From positions 1 to 42,718 of the forward strand of contig CAXGMD010000018.1 in assembly GCA_964010765.1 (NCBI GenBank): a stretch of 42,718 nt of DNA, in the 5' to 3' direction. Below the pieces are notes generated by a model. The model saw only the letters and a list, made by a program, of their open reading frames with translations. It had not been told where the DNA came from and did not search any database. The stretch is from an uncultured bacterium. Its GTDB lineage: Bacteria > SAR324 > NAC60-12. Of this stretch, positions 28,549-38,682 are shown one piece after another. The translations under genes and the position numbers were made by a program. Position 1 is the stretch's first letter; each line of letters starts with the position of its first letter.

Positions 28549-29292
28549 TTGCTAAAAAAAATTCAGATTCTGCTCTTATCTCTCTCCTTTAATTTCCACA
28601 TATCATATGCTGAGGAACTACTTGTCGCAGTAGCATCCAACTTTGTCGCCCCAGCAAAAGAATTGAGCCAGGAATTCTCCAAGATCACCACTCATAGTGT
28701 GCGCCTGAGCTTTGGCTCAACCGGAAAATTATACGCTCAAATCATCCATGGAGCTCCTTTTCAAGTATTCCTTGCGGCTGACCAAGAACGTCCACTGAGA
28801 TTAGTTTCAGAAGGTTTTGCAGAGAGGGGTAGCCAATTGACTTATGCCCTTGGGCGGATTGTGCTCTACTGTCCAAGAAAGGGATCTGATCAACAACCAG
28901 TGGAAGTTTTAAAATCGAATGGATTCACCCGACTGGCGATCGCAAATCCGAAGACAGCACCATATGGTCGAGCAGCACTGGAGGTTCTTCAAAAACTAGG
29001 GATCTTCGAAAATCTGCGCACAAGTATTATCCAAGGAGATAACATTGCACAAACCTTCCAGTTTGTTAGCACTGGCAATGCAGAGTTAGGCTTCGTCTCA
29101 AGGTCTCAGGTGATCAATATTGACCCAGATCTGTATTCGGCCATTCCAGCAGATTTACACAGCCCAATCCAACAAGATGCGGTGCTCCTGCAGAAAGGTC
29201 TGGATAACAAAGCTGCCAGAGAATTCTTGGAATTTCTGAAAAGCGATTCTGCAAGAGAAATTATGCAGTCTTATGGTTATGACTTGGAATGA
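28549..29292 (+). CDS. modA: Molybdate ABC transporter substrate-binding protein
   Basis: Signal peptide; VAVASN, GSTGKLYAQI..GAP, AIANPKTAPYG. Confidence 0.93.
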   Translation: MLKKIQILLLSLSFNFHISYAEELLVAVASNFVAPAKELSQEFSKITTHSVRLSFGSTGKLYAQIIHGAPFQVFLAADQERPLRLVSEGFAERGSQLTYALGRIVLYCPRKGSDQQPVEVLKSNGFTRLAIANPKTAPYGRAALEVLQKLGIFENLRTSIIQGDNIAQTFQFVSTGNAELGFVSRSQVINIDPDLYSAIPADLHSPIQQDAVLLQKGLDNKAAREFLEFLKSDSAREIMQSYGYDLE

Positions 29293-29301
29293 GATTTCCC
29301 C

Positions 29302-29991
29302 TTGAATGAGTGGTTTGAGGCTGAGATGTGGGAGGCTACCAAACTCACCCTTAAATTGGCCTTTGTCACCACACTCCTATTACTGATTCTAGGAACTCCA
29401 ATCGCTTGGTGGCTTTCCCGGTCAAAGTCATTTATTAAAGAAATTATTGGAACTCTTGTCGCCCTGCCGCTCGTTCTTCCCCCCACAGTCCTCGGCTTCT
29501 ATCTTCTTCTGCTGCTCAGTCCACAGGGGAATTTTGGTAGCTGGTTATCGGAAGTTTTTGGTTCACCTTTCCCTTTTTCCTTCAAGGGATTGGTCGTTGG
29601 ATCAGTCATCTATTCACTACCTTTTGTCGTCCAGCCTATTCGCAACTCTTTTGAAGCTATTGGAGAACATTCATTGGAAGCAGCGGCTAGTCTTCGGGCT
29701 AGTCCATTCGATGTCTTTTTTTCTATCGCCCTGCCCCTCGCAAGGCCTGGCATACTTACCGGATCAGTCTTGGGCTTTGCTCACACTGTAGGTGAGTTTG
29801 GTGTGATTTTGATGTTAGGTGGAAATATTCCAGGGGAGACGAAGGTACTCTCCGTTGCGATTTATGATTACGTTGAATCTCTTCAGTGGGAAAAGGCCCA
29901 TGTTCTGGCTGGAGGTATGATTGGATTTTCCTTCTGCGTGATCTTGGCAACAACTCTTATCGAACGTCATTGGCGAGAAAAAAGATCATGA
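29302..29991 (+). CDS. modB: Molybdate ABC permease
   Basis: [35 protein letters not shown]. Confidence 0.95.
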   Translation: MNEWFEAEMWEATKLTLKLAFVTTLLLLILGTPIAWWLSRSKSFIKEIIGTLVALPLVLPPTVLGFYLLLLLSPQGNFGSWLSEVFGSPFPFSFKGLVVGSVIYSLPFVVQPIRNSFEAIGEHSLEAAASLRASPFDVFFSIALPLARPGILTGSVLGFAHTVGEFGVILMLGGNIPGETKVLSVAIYDYVESLQWEKAHVLAGGMIGFSFCVILATTLIERHWREKRS

Positions 29992-31094
29992 GTAGATTTG
30001 AAGCCGAGTTCAAAGGAAGACTGGGAAATTTTGAGGTGGATGTCTCCTTCACTCTTCCACAAACGGGAATTACCGCATTATTTGGTCCTTCCGGCTGTGG
30101 CAAAACAACTATCTTACGCTGCATTGCAGGTTTAACTCAGTTAGAGGGCAACCTAGTTGTTGATGGAAAAAGTTGGCAGGATTCTTCTAATTTTTTGCCA
30201 ACACATCGCCGCCCAATTGGCTATGTCTTTCAGGATGCGAATCTTTTTCCTCATCTTTCCGTTCGAAGGAACCTCGAGTATGGGTTGAAGCGAATTCAAA
30301 ACACTCAGAAGACCAAACTATGGGAGGAGATAACGGAAATGTTAGGCTTGGAGGCTTTACTTGACCGTGAACCTAGCAGGCTTTCGGGTGGAGAAAAGCA
30401 ACGTGTTGCCATTGGGCGAGCGTTGCTCTCTGCTCCAGAAATTCTCTTGATGGATGAACCCCTCTCCGCACTGGATCGCTTCAGCAAAATGGAGATTCTG
30501 CCTTATCTACAAAGGCTCCATCTCGATCTAAAAGTCCCCATTGTTTATGTAAGCCACGATTTGCAAGAGATCGAACAACTCGCAGATTGGATGATTCTGC
30601 TTGAGAAAGGTCATGTCATTGCCCAAGGCAGTATTTCGGGACTACTGGCTAATCCACAACTACCATTGGCCAGGTTACCTGAAGCAGCCGTGATTCTTGA
30701 GGGATCTATGCAAGATTTTGATTCAAAGTATTGTCTTTCAAAAATAGCTGTTAATGGTGGATCTCTAACTCTCTCCCAGAATTTAGGAGTGGTTGGAAGC
30801 CGTCATCGTTTAAGAATTTTGGCAAGAGAAGTGGGGATCGCCAAATCATGGCAAGATGGAGATGCTAGCTTCTTGAATGTTCTATCAGCCATCATCGTAG
30901 ACATTCAACCTTTCGGGGAGCAACAAGCAACTGTATTTCTTCGGCTTGGGAAACAAGCCAATGGGGATGCTTTGTTGGCTAGAATCACAAGAAAATCCTG
31001 TGATGTACTTCAGTTGAAAAAAGGGGACGAGGTTAAAGCTTTGATCAAAAGCGTAGGATTGATGGGTGTTCCAACTGTGGATCAGGCAGGATAG
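29988..31094 (+). CDS. modC: Molybdate ABC ATPase
   Basis: [21 protein letters not shown]-terminal TOBE/Mop (LLARIT..S..L.L..G). ATG 29988 overlaps the modB stop (ATGA). Confidence 0.93.
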   Translation: MSRFEAEFKGRLGNFEVDVSFTLPQTGITALFGPSGCGKTTILRCIAGLTQLEGNLVVDGKSWQDSSNFLPTHRRPIGYVFQDANLFPHLSVRRNLEYGLKRIQNTQKTKLWEEITEMLGLEALLDREPSRLSGGEKQRVAIGRALLSAPEILLMDEPLSALDRFSKMEILPYLQRLHLDLKVPIVYVSHDLQEIEQLADWMILLEKGHVIAQGSISGLLANPQLPLARLPEAAVILEGSMQDFDSKYCLSKIAVNGGSLTLSQNLGVVGSRHRLRILAREVGIAKSWQDGDASFLNVLSAIIVDIQPFGEQQATVFLRLGKQANGDALLARITRKSCDVLQLKKGDEVKALIKSVGLMGVPTVDQAG

Positions 31095-32140
31095 GTTCTG
31101 CTATGTTGGGGTTTTAGCTGCACTGTGTCTCCCAAGAGCCAACTCTCTCTGGATGGAACACTGACTCGAAGAACCAAGCCATTTTCATGGTAGACATGCA
31201 AAATTTTGTGATCACCACGAAAGGAAATCTCCTGAATCCATCCTGCATGGAAAGTAGTTTCGGGGACTCTATTGATTTTGATATCTTCTAGTCGAGACAT
31301 CCATAATCTATCACGAATTTTTGGCAGTTGAGGGATATTTTCCATCCCAATCGCTGATCCAACAAGCTCTAAGGGTACCAGGTTCGCTTCACCCACGAAG
31401 GAAGCAACCCACGCGGTCGCTGGTTCATGGTAAACCTCTTCCGAGCTTCCGTTCTGAACAACTTTTCCTTGCGAGAGCAGAATCATCCGATCCGCAAATG
31501 TGTAAGCCTCCGTTTGATCATGTGTGACTAGAATTGCACTCACCTTGGCCTCACGAAGAATATCTCGAATATCCTGCCGAATCTGCACTCTTAGTCGATA
31601 ATCCAGACTGTTGAATGGTTCATCCAACAACAACAGTCTTGGAGCCGGCGCCAGAGCCCTAGCAATTGCAATCCGTTGTTGTTCTCCACCTGATAGTTCG
31701 TGGGGCATTTTCTTTTCAGAGCCAGATAATTCCACAAGTTTCAGCATTTCCTCCACACGTGAACGTTTTTCGTTCTTCGAACCATTGAGGCCGTAAGCCA
31801 CATTTTTGAACACATTCAGGTGAGGAAAGAGGGCAATATCTTGGAAGACCATGCCTACACGCCTTAACTCAGGGGCTACTATGTGGTGAACACTACTCAT
31901 TTCTTCTCCACCAATAAAAATCTCCCCAGCTTGCGGCTCATCCAAGCCTGCAATCAAGTTCAGGAGGGTGGATTTCCCACAGCCAGAGGGCCCAAGAATC
32001 GAAAGCAACTCATGAGGTCTTAGATTCAGACTCACTCCATCCACTGGCTTAATCTGACCGTAGTGCCTAACGAGATCTTTACATTCGAGCAGAAAATCAG
32101 ATGTAACTGGCACTACTTTGCGGCTTCGAAAAAATGACAT
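31082..32140 (-). CDS. ABC ATPase, FbpC/Fe3+-type
   Basis: GPSGCGKS, VGMVFQDIALFPHL, PHELSGGEQQR, LLLDEPF. No cognate permease adjacent. Confidence 0.85.
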   Translation of the reverse strand: MSFFRSRKVVPVTSDFLLECKDLVRHYGQIKPVDGVSLNLRPHELLSILGPSGCGKSTLLNLIAGLDEPQAGEIFIGGEEMSSVHHIVAPELRRVGMVFQDIALFPHLNVFKNVAYGLNGSKNEKRSRVEEMLKLVELSGSEKKMPHELSGGEQQRIAIARALAPAPRLLLLDEPFNSLDYRLRVQIRQDIRDILREAKVSAILVTHDQTEAYTFADRMILLSQGKVVQNGSSEEVYHEPATAWVASFVGEANLVPLELVGSAIGMENIPQLPKIRDRLWMSRLEDIKINRVPETTFHAGWIQEISFRGDHKILHVYHENGLVLRVSVPSRESWLLGDTVQLKPQHSRTYPA

Positions 32141-32163
32141 TTTTGAGGAAGAGTGTAGGGGGC

Positions 32164-33846
32164 TTAGGTCGCAGTTGTTGAATGGGATCGCTTACGCATC
32201 TCACGCGCCAATTTTAATGCCTGATTTGTGATCTCTGATCCATCAAGGAGTCTAGCGATTTCCATGATCGCCTGTTGCTTGTCCAGATCTTCAATGACAG
32301 TATAGGTTTGATCATTTTCTGTAGATTTAGTCACTGCATAATGGTGTTCAGCGAATGCTGCAATTTGCGGAAGATGAGTAATACAAAGCGTCTGTTGACG
32401 TTTTCCTAAATTTGCCAACTTCCTTCCAACTGTCTCTGCAACGCTACCACTTATGCCCGTGTCGACTTCATCAAAGATCAGAGTTTCCACGGTGTCTGTG
32501 GTTAGGATGGTCTGAATTGCCAACATCACTCTGGATAACTCACCCCCAGATGCAATCTTTACGAGGGGACGCAGCGGCTGGCCGGCATTGACAGAGAGCA
32601 TGAATTCAACTCGATCAGCACCATTTGAGCTAAATGAATCATCATACTTTTTTTCAAAAAAGGTTTCGAATTTTGCCCTATTCATTCCAAGATCTTTCAA
32701 TTCCCTACTGATCGCTTCATCAAGTTCCTTAGCTGCCTTTTTTCTTTCTGAAGAAAGATTGGTGGAATGTTCTTGAAGGGTTTTGACTAATTCGTAAATT
32801 TCCTGCTCTAGAGCCGATGCATCTTCTTCCAGATTTTGGAGACCTTGTAGCTCCGTTTGATGTCGTTCACACAGTTCAATCAGTTGTGTAGTGTTGGTTA
32901 CCCGATACTTGCGCTGCATTGATTGAAGTAGGCTTAGGCGATCATTGACCCAAGACAGGCGTTCAGGGTTGTCTTCAATTCGGTCCTGTCTGTGTCTTAA
33001 TGACTGGCTCAATTCATCCAGCTGAAGAAGTGACTGATCAAGATTCTCTAAAAGTGCCGTGCAACCAGGGTCCATTCTTTCAGCATCTTGCAACTGCCTT
33101 TTCAAACTACTCAGTACCTCTACGATAGATCCATCCTCTTCATAAAGAATGGTCTGCATTCCTCCATAGAGGTTGAGAAGTTGTTCTGCATGAGCAAGCA
33201 TTTTGGACTCTGTCTCAAGGTCATCCATCTCTTGCGGTTCCAGGTTGAGACTGGAAAGCTCTTGAAACTGCGCCTCCAGAAGCATCTGTCGATCCGTACG
33301 GTTTGCTAACCTTTCCTGCCACTCTTCCTGCTCACGTCGCTTCTTAGTCCATTTTTTATGAACTTCACGGAGTGCATCTCTTGTTGGGAATAGATTGCCG
33401 AAGGCATCCAAAAAATCTAAATGACGAGAGGAATCAAGAAGTGCTTGGTTATCGTGTTGGCCGTGGATATGAACAAGTCCTCGACCAACTTCTGCCAAGA
33501 AACCCTGAGTGACAGAAATGTCGTTGAGAAAGCGTTTCTGGCGGTTATTAGTGTTGAGCACTCGGCGGATCAATAGTTCATTTTCATGAGGTATATCCGA
33601 TTCACTAAGCAATAGCTTCAATTCAGTTTGTTTTGAAATATCAAAGGCTCCCTCCACAAGTGCTTGTGAGGAACCTGGTCGAATCAAACCAAAATCAGCA
33701 CGATCCCCCAAAAGTAATTGAAGACCATCAATCATGATCGATTTTCCTGCACCGGTTTCTCCCGTCATGATGGAAAAACCATCAAAAAAATCGATTTCTA
33801 GATTCTCAATTGTCGCTAAATTCTGAATCCGCAAATGCAGCAGCAT
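32164..33846 (-). CDS. recN: DNA repair protein RecN
   Basis: TGETGAGKS, IHGQHD, coiled coil, ASGGELSR, IFDEVDTGISG, CITHLPQIA. Confidence 0.97.
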   Translation of the reverse strand: MLLHLRIQNLATIENLEIDFFDGFSIMTGETGAGKSIMIDGLQLLLGDRADFGLIRPGSSQALVEGAFDISKQTELKLLLSESDIPHENELLIRRVLNTNNRQKRFLNDISVTQGFLAEVGRGLVHIHGQHDNQALLDSSRHLDFLDAFGNLFPTRDALREVHKKWTKKRREQEEWQERLANRTDRQMLLEAQFQELSSLNLEPQEMDDLETESKMLAHAEQLLNLYGGMQTILYEEDGSIVEVLSSLKRQLQDAERMDPGCTALLENLDQSLLQLDELSQSLRHRQDRIEDNPERLSWVNDRLSLLQSMQRKYRVTNTTQLIELCERHQTELQGLQNLEEDASALEQEIYELVKTLQEHSTNLSSERKKAAKELDEAISRELKDLGMNRAKFETFFEKKYDDSFSSNGADRVEFMLSVNAGQPLRPLVKIASGGELSRVMLAIQTILTTDTVETLIFDEVDTGISGSVAETVGRKLANLGKRQQTLCITHLPQIAAFAEHHYAVTKSTENDQTYTVIEDLDKQQAIMEIARLLDGSEITNQALKLAREMRKRSHSTTAT

Positions 33847-33863
33847 AATTGCTCATTCTTGAT

Positions 33864-34958
33864 TCAGTAGAGGTCGTCTAGGGAAGAGATCACGTTATCA
33901 GCGATTAAACGGAAGGCTTCTGCAGCAGGGCTATCAGATGGGGCTTGGTTCATGAGAGGCTTACCCAGATCACCTCCTTCCCGAACGGCTAGTTCCAAAG
34001 GAATGGCACCAAGAAAAGGTACTTCGTATTTGCGGCAAGCTTCTTCAGCGCCATGTTGGCTGAAGATCGCGGTTTTTTCACCACAATGAGGACAAGCAAA
34101 GTAGCTCATATTTTCAACAATGCCCACGATGGGAATATCGACCTTGGAAAACATTGTGATTGCTTTATAAGCATCCACTAAGGCCATGTCTTGTGGAGTC
34201 GAAACAACAACTGCACCGGCCAACTCACAGAACTGTGAGATGCTGAGTTGAACATCCCCAGTTCCTGGAGGCATGTCGATAATCATTATATCACCACCTG
34301 GCCAGGCTGTATCTCGCAAGAGTTGTTCTACTGCCTGATGAACCATCGGCCCTCTCCAGACCATTGCAGCCTCATCATCAATCAGATTACCAATCGACAT
34401 CGCATGTAAACCCATCACCTCCAGCGGCATTAGGTTTTCTTCCCGTAGTTCAGGTTTCACTCCCCGTAGACCCGTCATAATTGGGAAACTTGGACCATAA
34501 ATATCTGCGTCAAAAAAACTTACACTAAATCCTTTTTGCTGAAGGGCTAGTGCTAAATTTAGAGATACTGTCGATTTTCCAACCCCACCCTTGCCACTGG
34601 CAACGGCTAACACCGCATCATAATTTTGAAGATAAGCGGTTCTTTGAGGTTGTCGAGCCTGTCTGCTCTTCTCTGATTCGGGTATCGAAGCCTTATTTTC
34701 TTCTGGTTCATCATCAATGGGAGCCTTTTCCAAGACTTCAACCGCCACGCGCGAAATACTTGGTAAGTTCCGGATATTCTCCTCAATCTGCGTTGGGAGT
34801 ATTTGACGCAACCTCGACTCTAAAGGCAGAACAATCGTGAATTTGGCGAAGTCATTGTTGACCACACAGCTATGCACAATCTCTGTTTCAGGAAGAGGCC
34901 TTCCGTCAACTTCGATTTCAGCCAGAACAGACGTAAATTGTTGTTCCAATGATTCCAT
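33864..34958 (-). CDS. mrp: Mrp/ApbC Fe-S cluster carrier ATPase
   Basis: SGKGGVGKST, DADIYGPS, WRGPM, DMPPGTGD, VENMS..CPHC. Confidence 0.95.
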   Translation of the reverse strand: MESLEQQFTSVLAEIEVDGRPLPETEIVHSCVVNNDFAKFTIVLPLESRLRQILPTQIEENIRNLPSISRVAVEVLEKAPIDDEPEENKASIPESEKSRQARQPQRTAYLQNYDAVLAVASGKGGVGKSTVSLNLALALQQKGFSVSFFDADIYGPSFPIMTGLRGVKPELREENLMPLEVMGLHAMSIGNLIDDEAAMVWRGPMVHQAVEQLLRDTAWPGGDIMIIDMPPGTGDVQLSISQFCELAGAVVVSTPQDMALVDAYKAITMFSKVDIPIVGIVENMSYFACPHCGEKTAIFSQHGAEEACRKYEVPFLGAIPLELAVREGGDLGKPLMNQAPSDSPAAEAFRLIADNVISSLDDLY

Positions 34959-34969
34959 GATTGCTTCCT

Positions 34970-35689
34970 TCAGGGAGCAGAGGTTTTGTAAGCGACATGA
35001 ATTGTCGAGGCACCAAATACAAAATCGTAGTAGTCAGCCTGTTGGAAGCCGACTTCAAGTAGTTTCCGCTTCAGGGTTTCTTGATCGGGATACTTCAAAG
35101 AAGACTGAGGAAGATAGGTGAACATTTCCTGATCAGGCATTAGCCATTCACCAATCTTTGGGACAACTGTGAAGAAGTAGAAACGGTTCAAAACATCTAT
35201 CAATGGCAACCGTACTTTTCCCACATCCAGACTAACCAAGACCCCCCCTGGTTGCAAGATGCGCCTTATCTCCAAGAGTCCCTTCGTGAGATCATCAAGG
35301 TTACGCAGTCCATAACCAATCGTCACCGCAGCAAACCATTCATCTGGGAAAGGAAGGCGAAGGGCATCCCCTTGGATCCATTGGACTGAGTCAACTTTTG
35401 CCCGATCTGCAGCGATTTCCAACATGGATCCAGCAAAATCGACCCCTGTGACTACTGCATCAGGATGCTGCTTGGTGACAGCCCTAGCAATGTCTCCAGT
35501 TCCACAACAGAGATCCAGGCAACGTTCTCCTTCCCGAAGACCCGTCTGACGAGCAACAAAACGCTTCCAATAACGGTGCATTCCAAAGGTAATGAGGTCA
35601 TTAAACCGGTCATACTTCAACGCAATTTCATTGAATTTGCTGCTAACGTATTCGGCTTTCTTGTCAGTCGATGGGAGTTGGTAGTTCAA
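34970..35689 (-). CDS. ubiE: UbiE/MenG quinone C-methyltransferase
   Basis: FNEIA.KYD.FND..TFG.H..W, LDLCCGTGD, GDALRLPF, YGLRN, YLPQS. Confidence 0.9.
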   Translation of the reverse strand: MNYQLPSTDKKAEYVSSKFNEIALKYDRFNDLITFGMHRYWKRFVARQTGLREGERCLDLCCGTGDIARAVTKQHPDAVVTGVDFAGSMLEIAADRAKVDSVQWIQGDALRLPFPDEWFAAVTIGYGLRNLDDLTKGLLEIRRILQPGGVLVSLDVGKVRLPLIDVLNRFYFFTVVPKIGEWLMPDQEMFTYLPQSSLKYPDQETLKRKLLEVGFQQADYYDFVFGASTIHVAYKTSAP

Positions 35690-37041
35690 TGGCTTATTGA
35701 GGGAGGATACAGAACAAGTTGTCTAGAAAGCAGTTCAAGAGCAGAGATCGCAAAACGAATTTGGTGTTCCTGTTTGGTGAAGAATGGATTTTCCTGAACT
35801 ACCTCATGAATCGTCTCATATGGCTGCTCTGTCAATTCTGATTTTTTTACAAGCACCAGGTGGCAGACCCCATTCTTGTTGCTACGCAAGGTTCCATCAG
35901 GAGGACCTGCCATCCCGTTTTCAGCGAGCACCATGTTTGCTTCAGTATTTCCCATTGCAGCCAAAGCCATCTCCTTTGTCAATTCCTCTGACAGGCTTGA
36001 TTCGTGTTGCCCCAAAAATCTCCCAATCAATTGCTCCTTGGTAGAATTGGCATAAGCGACCTGAGAGCCAAGAACGAATTTGGACGAGCCAGGTAGCCCA
36101 ATCAAGGACCCTGCTATCCGTCCGCCAGCGCTTGTTTCCAGAAAATAGATCTTCGGAGGATTTTTTCTCTCAAATAGCTGACGAGAGACCTTTAGACTGA
36201 TTTCTAGGAGATCTCTCTCTAGTTCCTGAATCCTGACTTCCCACTCACTAACTTCAGCAATTTTCTTTGAGACGCTACCCCCAAGATGCTCCTCAAGATG
36301 CTCAATTGCCTTGTCAGGCAGATAAGCGGGCAGTTGCTGTCTGAAGCATACAGCTCGACGAATTATCGTTGAGGAAAGATTTAGATAGCTTTTAAGTGCC
36401 ATGGGCAGAAGATCAGGATCTAGAATTTTCTGTTTCAGAGACAGACCCTCAGCAAAAGTATCCACAATTCGCTCCCCCGGCCTAGGTACTACCAACAGTT
36501 CCGCCAAGTTTGACATCTCTTGCAAATCTGCTTCTGAAAATATTTGGGGATCCCGCATTCTGTTGATCAAGTCACTACCGACCAACACCTGAATCCGCTG
36601 ACTTTTGTACTCGCTATCAGACCAGAGAGCTGTCCCAATATTTTTGACATTATCCAAAAGTCTAACCTGGTGATCCCTCTTAAATTCACTGCTTGAAACG
36701 AATAACTCGACTTGGCGAAGACGAAGAATTTCTCCAACATGATCAGAAATGACGATGAGTCGATTTCCATAACTTTGAAGTAGACTTTCAAGCAAGTCTT
36801 GCATCAGTTGGAGACGGATATCCTTGGGGAGGGTTACTGATCTTTTGAAAGGATCAGGATGATGACCATTAGAGAGGAGGTAAACGACCTTCGATAATTC
36901 AGGTCGTTGCCTTAAGGCCAACTCAGCCAATACGAGGTGGTGATAGCCTGCCGGATTTCCAGTGATGGGAACAAATAGGGTATTTCGGAAATCAGCATTC
37001 TCCGGGCAGGGAGATTCAATAATTCTGGGATTCACTTGCAA
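35686..37041 (-). CDS. Fusion of a NadD-like nucleotidyltransferase and a CinA-C/PncC NMN deamidase
   Basis: N-terminal half: TGNPAGYHHL, HPDPFK, LVGSDL, LLVVPRPG, LSSTIIR. C-terminal half: LETSAGG.IA, LPGSS, VAYANSTK, ENGMAGP. Confidence 0.8.
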   Translation of the reverse strand: MQVNPRIIESPCPENADFRNTLFVPITGNPAGYHHLVLAELALRQRPELSKVVYLLSNGHHPDPFKRSVTLPKDIRLQLMQDLLESLLQSYGNRLIVISDHVGEILRLRQVELFVSSSEFKRDHQVRLLDNVKNIGTALWSDSEYKSQRIQVLVGSDLINRMRDPQIFSEADLQEMSNLAELLVVPRPGERIVDTFAEGLSLKQKILDPDLLPMALKSYLNLSSTIIRRAVCFRQQLPAYLPDKAIEHLEEHLGGSVSKKIAEVSEWEVRIQELERDLLEISLKVSRQLFERKNPPKIYFLETSAGGRIAGSLIGLPGSSKFVLGSQVAYANSTKEQLIGRFLGQHESSLSEELTKEMALAAMGNTEANMVLAENGMAGPPDGTLRSNKNGVCHLVLVKKSELTEQPYETIHEVVQENPFFTKQEHQIRFAISALELLSRQLVLYPPSISH

Positions 37042-37045
37042 AAAG

Positions 37046-38599
37046 TTAGGCTGCTGATTCAGCCTGAACTTGATTCTGTAGCATCAGCAAATTAAGCATT
37101 TTCAGTGTAGCATTAACCGCTGCCATCACTTGATCGCCATCCACACCAATCGTTTGGAGTCGACGTTCACCCATCTTCCAGGTAATCACGGCCTCGGTCA
37201 AAGCATCAGTTTTTCCACTTCTGGGAATCCGGATTTCATAGTCCACCAAGTCAGGACAAATAATTTGACGGCGTTTGAGGATCTTCTTGACGGCATTCAT
37301 AAAAGCATCGTATCCACCAATACCTGAACCTGCTTCCGTGTATTCCTTCTCGTCCCAACTCAAGCAGACGGAAGCTGTGGACTTAAGATTTAAACCACTC
37401 TGGATGCTGCAACCCTCCAAACGCAAGCGTTGATTGACGTTGTCATCCAAGACATCCGTAACAATGAAGGGCAAATCTGCTGGAGTCAGATTTTTCTTTG
37501 AGTCCCCCAACTGGACGATTCTTTCGAGTACTTTTCTCAGATTTTCCTCAGAAAGCTGTAGACCCAGAATCTCCAGATTTTTGACGAGAGACGCTTTGCC
37601 ACTCATTTTTCCGAGTGCATAACTTCGAATTCTTCCAAAACGCTCTGGCTGAATTGGATTGTGATATAGTCCTCCTTTTCTGTCCCCATCGGCGTGAATT
37701 CCACTTGTTTGGGTGAAAACATCGGTGCCCACTACAGGGGAATTCGTTGCCAATCTCTTACCTGAGAAGGTCTCGATCATCTCGCTAACTGGTACCAGGC
37801 TCGTTTCGTCAATGCTGAGGTGAACTCCCAACTTATCACGAAGAACTACTGAAATTTCAGCAAGGGAGACATTGCCTGCTCTTTCACCGAGGCAGTTCAT
37901 TGTGCAGTGCAGGTTACGAATTCCAGCTTTGACTGCGTATAGACAGTTGGCGGTGGCCAAACCATAGTCGTTATGAGGATGAAAATCGATATTCGCCCAT
38001 GGGAATCTCGAAGTCATATCTTTCAAGCTATCAAAGACTTCATCTGGAGATAGTACTCCGAGGGTGTCTGGGAGCATAATGTGCTTGATATCCAATCCTT
38101 CCAAGTGCCCCATTAGGTTATAGACATACTCTGGCTTATCTCGATAACCATTTGACCAATCCTCGAGATATATATTGACCTGCAAGCCTCTACTTTGGGC
38201 GTATTCGACCGTTAGGCGTATGTCCGCAGCGTGTTCTTCAAGTGTTTTCCGAAGCTGATTCTTGCAGTGATTTTCACTTCCCTTGGTTAGCAGATTCAGT
38301 ACTCTGGCACCTGAGTCGAAAATCCAGTCGACGCTTCTCTTGTGATCACAAAAACCGAGCACCTCTACTCGGTCCAGAAACCCTTGGCCACTTGCCCAAT
38401 CTGCTATGTTTTGAACAGCTTCTTGTTCTCCCTGGGAGATTCTCGCTGAAGCAATTTCGAGCCTATCAACCCCAACTCTCTGAAGCAGAGCCTTCGCAAT
38501 ATTCATCTTCTCAGAGGGTGTAAACGAGACTCCTTGAGTCTGCTCCCCATCACGAAGAGTTGTGTCCATTAAAGAAATATGTTCACCAGCGAGATCCAT
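37046..38599 (-). CDS. cimA: Citramalate synthase (Leptospira-type; DRE-TIM/LeuA family)
   Basis: DTTLRDGEQ, EIASAR.S.GE, VLNLLTKGS, YLEDWSNG, LPDTLG, HPHNDY, GERAGN, plus a C-terminal regulatory domain. Confidence 0.85.
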   Translation of the reverse strand: MDLAGEHISLMDTTLRDGEQTQGVSFTPSEKMNIAKALLQRVGVDRLEIASARISQGEQEAVQNIADWASGQGFLDRVEVLGFCDHKRSVDWIFDSGARVLNLLTKGSENHCKNQLRKTLEEHAADIRLTVEYAQSRGLQVNIYLEDWSNGYRDKPEYVYNLMGHLEGLDIKHIMLPDTLGVLSPDEVFDSLKDMTSRFPWANIDFHPHNDYGLATANCLYAVKAGIRNLHCTMNCLGERAGNVSLAEISVVLRDKLGVHLSIDETSLVPVSEMIETFSGKRLATNSPVVGTDVFTQTSGIHADGDRKGGLYHNPIQPERFGRIRSYALGKMSGKASLVKNLEILGLQLSEENLRKVLERIVQLGDSKKNLTPADLPFIVTDVLDDNVNQRLRLEGCSIQSGLNLKSTASVCLSWDEKEYTEAGSGIGGYDAFMNAVKKILKRRQIICPDLVDYEIRIPRSGKTDALTEAVITWKMGERRLQTIGVDGDQVMAAVNATLKMLNLLMLQNQVQAESAA

Positions 38600-38682
38600 T
38601 GCTTGATCCTTCTAAGAAATTCTTAAAAATCAGACTTTACCACGCTCTTACTATGTGTGGCAACCGCTCTTTAAATTTTTAC

